Below, in pieces: positions 59,239 through 64,000 of a stretch of DNA of 64,000 nucleotides (its first letter is position 1; every line of letters begins with the position of its first letter). Below the pieces are notes generated by a model. That model was given only the letters and a program-made list of their open reading frames with translations. It searched no databases and was not told where the DNA came from. The position numbers and the translations under genes are program-made. The DNA comes from Candidatus Amunia macphersoniae. GTDB lineage: Bacteria; Chloroflexota; Dormibacteria; Aeolococcales; Aeolococcaceae. The stretch covers positions 3,328-67,327 of the forward strand of contig JAEKNN010000030.1 in NCBI GenBank assembly GCA_016464795.1. The letters are read 5' to 3'.

Positions 59239-60819
59239 ATGCGGCGACAGCTTGTGGCCATTGGCGGAGTGCTGGCGTGCGCCAGCCTCCTGGGGGCGCC
59301 GACGGGCGCCCGTGCATCGAGCCACCGTGAGGCTCCCCTGATCGCGGGGGATCCCCAGGTGGACAACACCGACGTCTACGCGTTCACCAGTCCAGATGAC
59401 GCCAACAGCGTCACGTTGATCGCCAACTGGATACCGTTCGAGGAGCCCAACGGAGGCCCGAACTTCTATCCGTTCGCGGAGGGCGCGCAGTACAACATCA
59501 ACATCGACAACAGTGCGAGTGCGACGCCGAACATCACATACCGGTGGACATTCACCAATCACCGCAAGAGCGTTGATACGTTCCTGTACAACACCGGCGT
59601 GGTCAACAACATCACCGACGGAACGCTCAACTTCACCCAGACCTACAACCTCGAGATGATCGCTAAGGGCGTTGCGCCGGTTCGCCTCCTTACGGACGCG
59701 CCGGTGGCCCCATCGGATGTAGGCCTCGCCTCGATGCCCAACTACGCCGCACTGCGCGACCAGGCCATCTCCCCGCTTCCCGGTGGAGGCAAGTCCTTCA
59801 CCGGCCAAGCCGACGATCCCTTCTTCCTGGACCTTCGCATCTTCGACTTGCTCTACGGTGCGCCCAGCATGAAGGAGGTGGGCCACGATACGCTCGCGGG
59901 GTACAACGTCAACAGCATCGCGCTGCAGGTGCCCAAGACCGCGCTCGCCGTCGGCGGTGACGGCAGCAGCATCATCGGCGTTTACAGCACCACTGATCGT
60001 CAGAACGTCACGTTGAGCGCGGACGGGACGCGGCCACCCTCCGGCGCCCCCGTGCAGGTGTCTCGTCTCGGCAACCCCTTGGTCAACGAGGTCGTGGTGC
60101 CTGTCGGCTCCAAGGACCTGTTCAACGCATCGAAGCCGATCGATGACGCTCAATTCCTGCCCAAGGTCCAGGATCCCGAGGTGCCTAAGCTCATCCAGAA
60201 GCTCTATGGCATCCCAGCACCGGCCACGCCTCGCGACGACCTAGTCCAAGTCTTCTTGACCGGTGTACCGGGGCTGAATCAGCCGCCCGGCTTTCAAAGC
60301 CCTCCCCCAACAGGGATCGCCGCGGGCAAGGACGCCGAGGAGCTGAGGCTCAACATGTCCACCCCTACCTCGGCGTCACCAAACCGGCTGGGTGTGGTCG
60401 GCGGTGACAAGGCGGGGTTCCCGAACGGGCGCCGACTCACCGATGACGTCGTCGACATCGAGCTCCAGGCTCTCGAGGGCATCCTGCGGCCAAGTCCCCC
60501 TGCTGGAGTCGCGGCACTCGGTGACGGCGTCAATGCCAACGACAGTGCCTTCGGTGCCACCTTCCCCTACCTGGCGCTGCCGCACACTGCTGCGGTCAAC
60601 CAGGGCAACACCCAGGCCGTGAACCCTGGTCCAGGGCCATCGTCGGCTCCGAATGGTGGGACCCCCACCGGTCCGAATGCCTTGCCCCCCACTGGAGAGG
60701 GAGGTGCGGCAACTGCTGCCGCGTCACTGCCCATGCTCCCCATCGGGTTGGGTGCGGCTGGTCTGATCGTTGCCATCCTGGGCTTCGGCACGCTGGTGCT
60801 CTCTCGCCGGCGAGCCTGA
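59239..60819 (+). CDS. DUF4331 domain protein with LPPTG sortase signal
   Basis: ASSHREAPLI..DNTDVYAF, DDPFFLDL, QVSRLGNPLVNE and GFPNGRR..DDVVDI motifs; ends LPPTG-TM-SRRRA. Confidence 0.9.
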   Translation: MRRQLVAIGGVLACASLLGAPTGARASSHREAPLIAGDPQVDNTDVYAFTSPDDANSVTLIANWIPFEEPNGGPNFYPFAEGAQYNINIDNSASATPNITYRWTFTNHRKSVDTFLYNTGVVNNITDGTLNFTQTYNLEMIAKGVAPVRLLTDAPVAPSDVGLASMPNYAALRDQAISPLPGGGKSFTGQADDPFFLDLRIFDLLYGAPSMKEVGHDTLAGYNVNSIALQVPKTALAVGGDGSSIIGVYSTTDRQNVTLSADGTRPPSGAPVQVSRLGNPLVNEVVVPVGSKDLFNASKPIDDAQFLPKVQDPEVPKLIQKLYGIPAPATPRDDLVQVFLTGVPGLNQPPGFQSPPPTGIAAGKDAEELRLNMSTPTSASPNRLGVVGGDKAGFPNGRRLTDDVVDIELQALEGILRPSPPAGVAALGDGVNANDSAFGATFPYLALPHTAAVNQGNTQAVNPGPGPSSAPNGGTPTGPNALPPTGEGGAATAAASLPMLPIGLGAAGLIVAILGFGTLVLSRRRA

Positions 60820-60838
60820 GCACAACCGCTACCAATTG

Positions 60839-61945
60839 ATGATCGGCAGGTTGTCCGGCAGGACGCGTCAGCGTCCTGCCGGAGCCCGCTATGACCTTGT
60901 CTTCGACGCCGACGGTCCCGGCGACCACCCGGTGGCAGAGCGCAACCACCGGGTGGTTTTGCTGGGCCACGGCCTCAGGCTTCGCCTGACGCGGACCCGC
61001 ACCGGTGTCTCGCTTCTCGCGTCTGGTGCGGCGCTCAGCGCCGTCGCCGTGGTGCTGATGGCGACTCTCGGACATCCTGGCGCTGGCAATCCCCTGGCGC
61101 TGCGCGTCCTGGGACAACCACCCGCGCCGCTGGTCGCAGCCGACAGGGCGCTCTCCACGTCCTCGCCACCGGTGGAGGTCACCATTCCCGCCATCGCCGT
61201 CAAATCCCTCCTGGAAGGGCTGCGTGTCAACCGGGATGGCTCGCTGCAGGCCCCGCGCGACCCCAACCGGGTCGGCTGGTATTCGGATGGCCCGGCTCCC
61301 GGCGACAAGGGCGCTGCGGTGTTCGCCGGCCACCTCGACTCGACGACGGCACCGGCCGTGTTCTGGAGGCTGGCCGGGCTTCTCCCCGGCGATCGCATCT
61401 ACGTCCGGCGCGCCGACGGCAGAATCCTGACCTTCGTGGTCGACCACAGCGCCGCCTATCAGCGAACCAACCAGGCCGCTCCTGCGGCGGCGTACGGCGC
61501 GTCCGGCTCTGAGCTTCACCTGATCACCTGCCACGGCACCTACGACGCCAACGTCGGCCGCTACGACCAGAGCCTCTTGGTGGTGGCGAAGCTGGCCGCG
61601 AGCGACAGCCCGCCGGCTCCGGCTGCGACACCGCCGACAGAGCCTTTCCAGCCGCTCCCCACCGCGGGGCATCCGATCCCGAGCGCATCCGGGTCGACGG
61701 GCGGCCGGCCTACGTCAGCGCCCCCCGGCAGCCCTCCGCCCGCAGCGTCGAGCCAGGCGCCGAGGCCGACGCCGACCCCGCCGGGATCGCCAGGGTCAAC
61801 ACCCTCGCCGAAGCCGTCGCCGAAGCCGTCGCCGAATCCTTCCCCGACGCCTCCTCCAACACCAGCCCCGACGCCGACACCCATCATCCCGATCCCGACG
61901 CTGTCACCGGGGAGCGCACCGACGCACACGTCGGCAGGACAATGA
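60839..61945 (+). CDS. Class F sortase with long Pro-rich C-terminal tail (start uncertain)
   Basis: IPAI.V, VGWY..GPAPG..G.AV.AGHLDS, L.PGD.I.V and LHLITC motifs. Confidence 0.88.
   Translation: MIGRLSGRTRQRPAGARYDLVFDADGPGDHPVAERNHRVVLLGHGLRLRLTRTRTGVSLLASGAALSAVAVVLMATLGHPGAGNPLALRVLGQPPAPLVAADRALSTSSPPVEVTIPAIAVKSLLEGLRVNRDGSLQAPRDPNRVGWYSDGPAPGDKGAAVFAGHLDSTTAPAVFWRLAGLLPGDRIYVRRADGRILTFVVDHSAAYQRTNQAAPAAAYGASGSELHLITCHGTYDANVGRYDQSLLVVAKLAASDSPPAPAATPPTEPFQPLPTAGHPIPSASGSTGGRPTSAPPGSPPPAASSQAPRPTPTPPGSPGSTPSPKPSPKPSPNPSPTPPPTPAPTPTPIIPIPTLSPGSAPTHTSAGQ
61790..61890 (+). repeat. Low-complexity Pro-Ser/Thr coding repeat
   Basis: About 2.5 tandem copies of TCGCCGAAGCCG within a tract encoding PSPKPSPKPSPNPSPTPPPTPAPTPTP. 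Confidence 0.7.
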
Positions 61946-63273
61946 CCCGGAACCGGCGCATCTCGGGGCTGCTGGTGGCGGTCGGTCTGGGGTTGGTGGG
62001 CGTGTCGTCGTTCTGGATCCTGCAGCCACGGTCGCCCGCCACTGCCACGGCGTCGCCCACGCGAACCTCCGCCCCTGCCACAGCGCCGGCAAGCACCGAC
62101 GCCGTCCAGGCATCCATCGCCAAGGCGCAGGCTCGACTGCGCGCCGCGCCCAAGGACTGGAGCACCTGGGCAGCCCTGGGCAGCGCCTACGTGCAGGAGG
62201 CTCGCATCACCGCAGACCCGTCCTACTACCCCAAGGCTGAGGGAGCCCTGCAGCAGTCACTCCACCTGCAGCCCTCGAACAATCCAACGGCGATGGTGGG
62301 CATGGCCGCGCTCACCTCGGCGCGACACGAGTTCACCACCTCGCTGGACTGGGGGATGCGGGCGCAGGCGGTGGCTCCCGACACCGCCGCCGTGTACGGG
62401 GTCATCGACGACGCCCTCACCCAGCTGGGCCGCTATCCCGAGGCGCGTGTGGCGGCGCAGCGGATGCTCGACCTGGCGCCGTCCGTGTCCTCCCTCTCGC
62501 GCGGCTCGTACGACCTCGAAGAGCATGGCGACGTGGCGGGTGCAACCGCTGCGCTGCAGCAGGCCCTCGTCGACGCCTTCGCGCCCGCCGACATCGCCTT
62601 CTGCCGCTACTACCTCGGGGAGCTCGCCTTCAACTCGGGGCAGCTCAGCGAGGCCATGAACCAGTACCAGTTGGGCCGCCAGCAGGACCCGTCGTACTTT
62701 CCGCTCCTGGAAGGGATCGCCAAGGTGGAGGCCGCCGGCGGACAGGTGGACGCGGCCCTGCGCGACTACAACGCGGTGCTCTCACGCGTCCCGTTGCCAC
62801 AGTACGTCAACGAGCTGCTGGACTACGAGCAGTCGCTGGGTCGGACCAAGGCCGCCGCCGCGCAGGCCAGCCTCTTTGCCACCGAGGCTCAACTGTTCGT
62901 CGCCAACGGGGTTGACGTCGACCTGGAGCAGGCGATCCTCGATGCCGACCACGGCGACCCGGCGAGCGCTGTTGAGCACGCTCAGCGCGAGTGGGCGCGA
63001 CGGCACAGCGTGCTGGTCGCCGACGCGCTCGGCTGGGCGCTGCATGCCGCCGGGCGCAACGCCGAGGCCCTCACCTACGCCAATCAGGCTCTGTCGTTGG
63101 GCTGGCGGAACGCGCTGATGTATTTCCATCGCGGGATGATCGAGCAGGCGCTGGGGATGACCGGCGCGGCCCGCAGTGACCTGGCCACCACGCAAGCCAT
63201 CAATCCCCACTTCTCGACCCTGTGGGGCACGGTCGCCCAGCAGACCCTGGCCTCGCTCGGGGGCAAGCCCTGA
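61942..63273 (+). CDS. Membrane-anchored tetratricopeptide repeat protein
   Basis: N-terminal TM; WAALGSAY..ARITADPSYYPKAE, ADALGWAL and YFHRGMI TPR-like helices; ATGA overlap with the sortase gene. Confidence 0.85.
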   Translation: MTRNRRISGLLVAVGLGLVGVSSFWILQPRSPATATASPTRTSAPATAPASTDAVQASIAKAQARLRAAPKDWSTWAALGSAYVQEARITADPSYYPKAEGALQQSLHLQPSNNPTAMVGMAALTSARHEFTTSLDWGMRAQAVAPDTAAVYGVIDDALTQLGRYPEARVAAQRMLDLAPSVSSLSRGSYDLEEHGDVAGATAALQQALVDAFAPADIAFCRYYLGELAFNSGQLSEAMNQYQLGRQQDPSYFPLLEGIAKVEAAGGQVDAALRDYNAVLSRVPLPQYVNELLDYEQSLGRTKAAAAQASLFATEAQLFVANGVDVDLEQAILDADHGDPASAVEHAQREWARRHSVLVADALGWALHAAGRNAEALTYANQALSLGWRNALMYFHRGMIEQALGMTGAARSDLATTQAINPHFSTLWGTVAQQTLASLGGKP

Positions 63274-64000
63274 GACGCGGGTGGGTGCGCTCGATCGCGG
63301 GAGCCACCCTCGGTCTGTCGGCTCTGGTGCTCCTCCCGATTGTCGCCAGCGCGCACCCGCTGGGCAACTTCACCGTCAACCAGTACAGCGGGCTGGTGGT
63401 GCGCAGCGACGGAGTCGACGTCAACTACGTGCTCGACATGGCGGAGATCCCCACCGCTCAGTTGCTGTCACAGCTCGACAGCGACGAGAGCCGGCTGCTG
63501 ACGACTTCCGCCGCCGACAACTACCGGCACTCCGAGTGCAGCACGCTCGAGGCAGCCATCGCCGTGCGCATCGACGGTGCCACGGCGCGCCTGACTGTGG
63601 CCAGCAGCTCTCTGGCATTTCCACCCGGTGCGGCGGGGCTGCACACCCTGCGGCTCACCTGCCGTTTCAGCACCACCTCGACCACCTCGCCCGCCGGCCA
63701 CTCGCTGACCTACGCCAATCGCAACTTCGACGACCGGGTGGGCTGGCGTGAGATCACCGCGGTGGGAAGCTCCGCGCGGCTGGCGTCCAGCGACGTGCCC
63801 GCGACCAGCATCAGTGCTCAGCTCACCAGCTACCCCGCTGACCTGCTCAGCTCGCCGCTCGATCTGCGCGGCGCTTCCCTCGCCGTGGTCGACGGCTCCG
63901 GAGGAGGCGGCCCGACCGGCGTCGCCCCCGGACCCGCCAGCATCCTCCCGCGCGGCGTGGACCAGTTCACCACCGCGTTCGTCGGCCTGATCTCACGCCA
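63270..64000 (+). CDS. 5' part of a HoxN/HupN/NixA(RcnA)-type nickel/cobalt transporter-like protein; cut by the window end
   Basis: Signal peptide ending ASA, then HPLGNFTVNQY..YVLDMAEIPT..GLHTLRL..RVGWREIT..L.SYP.DLL.SP; frame open to the edge. Confidence 0.7.
   Translation, partial: MRRGWVRSIAGATLGLSALVLLPIVASAHPLGNFTVNQYSGLVVRSDGVDVNYVLDMAEIPTAQLLSQLDSDESRLLTTSAADNYRHSECSTLEAAIAVRIDGATARLTVASSSLAFPPGAAGLHTLRLTCRFSTTSTTSPAGHSLTYANRNFDDRVGWREITAVGSSARLASSDVPATSISAQLTSYPADLLSSPLDLRGASLAVVDGSGGGGPTGVAPGPASILPRGVDQFTTAFVGLISR

Overview
A high-GC, gene-dense bacterial window. The sortase, LPXTG proteins, actinobacterial-type CbbR-like regulator and apparent leaderless promoters suggest a monoderm soil organism such as Actinomycetota or Ca. 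Dormibacterota; this is inference only. I found no rRNA, tRNA, CRISPR array or transposase. Contents in order: (1) 0-14 kb, an accessory and partly decayed region with GAF/GGDEF signalling, a ferritin-like gene, a GntR-trpB-trpA-truncated tryptophan dioxygenase cassette, an AbrB/RelE-like toxin-antitoxin pair, a truncated globin, a stand-alone LigD polymerase domain, and internally deleted remnants of rph and rtcB, plus a SEC-C microgene split by a +1 frameshift; (2) 13-24 kb, GT4, GH65, FAH, icd, ftsH and an MFS transporter; (3) 24.5-34.1 kb, a glycolate/glyoxylate cluster (sga, glcDEF, aceB, lactate/glycolate permease) beside a CbbR-like LysR gene with no Rubisco genes in the window; (4) 34.4-37.6 kb, the best novelty candidate: an uncharacterised operon of five paralogous small single-TM coiled-coil proteins (one with H-x3-CPGCPNC) and a 529-aa internally duplicated 4-TM protein, behind a TTGACA-N17-TAGGCT promoter; (5) 37.6-47.2 kb, an amine gamma-glutamylation cluster built on a TdnQ/AtdA1-like ligase with no dioxygenase; (6) 47-57 kb, a secreted BNR-like protein with a VPETP C-terminal signal, a sugar ABC transporter, a broken AlkZ-like gene and an ABC-F; (7) 57.9-64 kb, a Cys-repeat LPXTG-like protein and a DUF4331 / class F sortase / TPR / nickel-transporter-like operon. 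All family calls come from motif recognition by eye, not from database searches.
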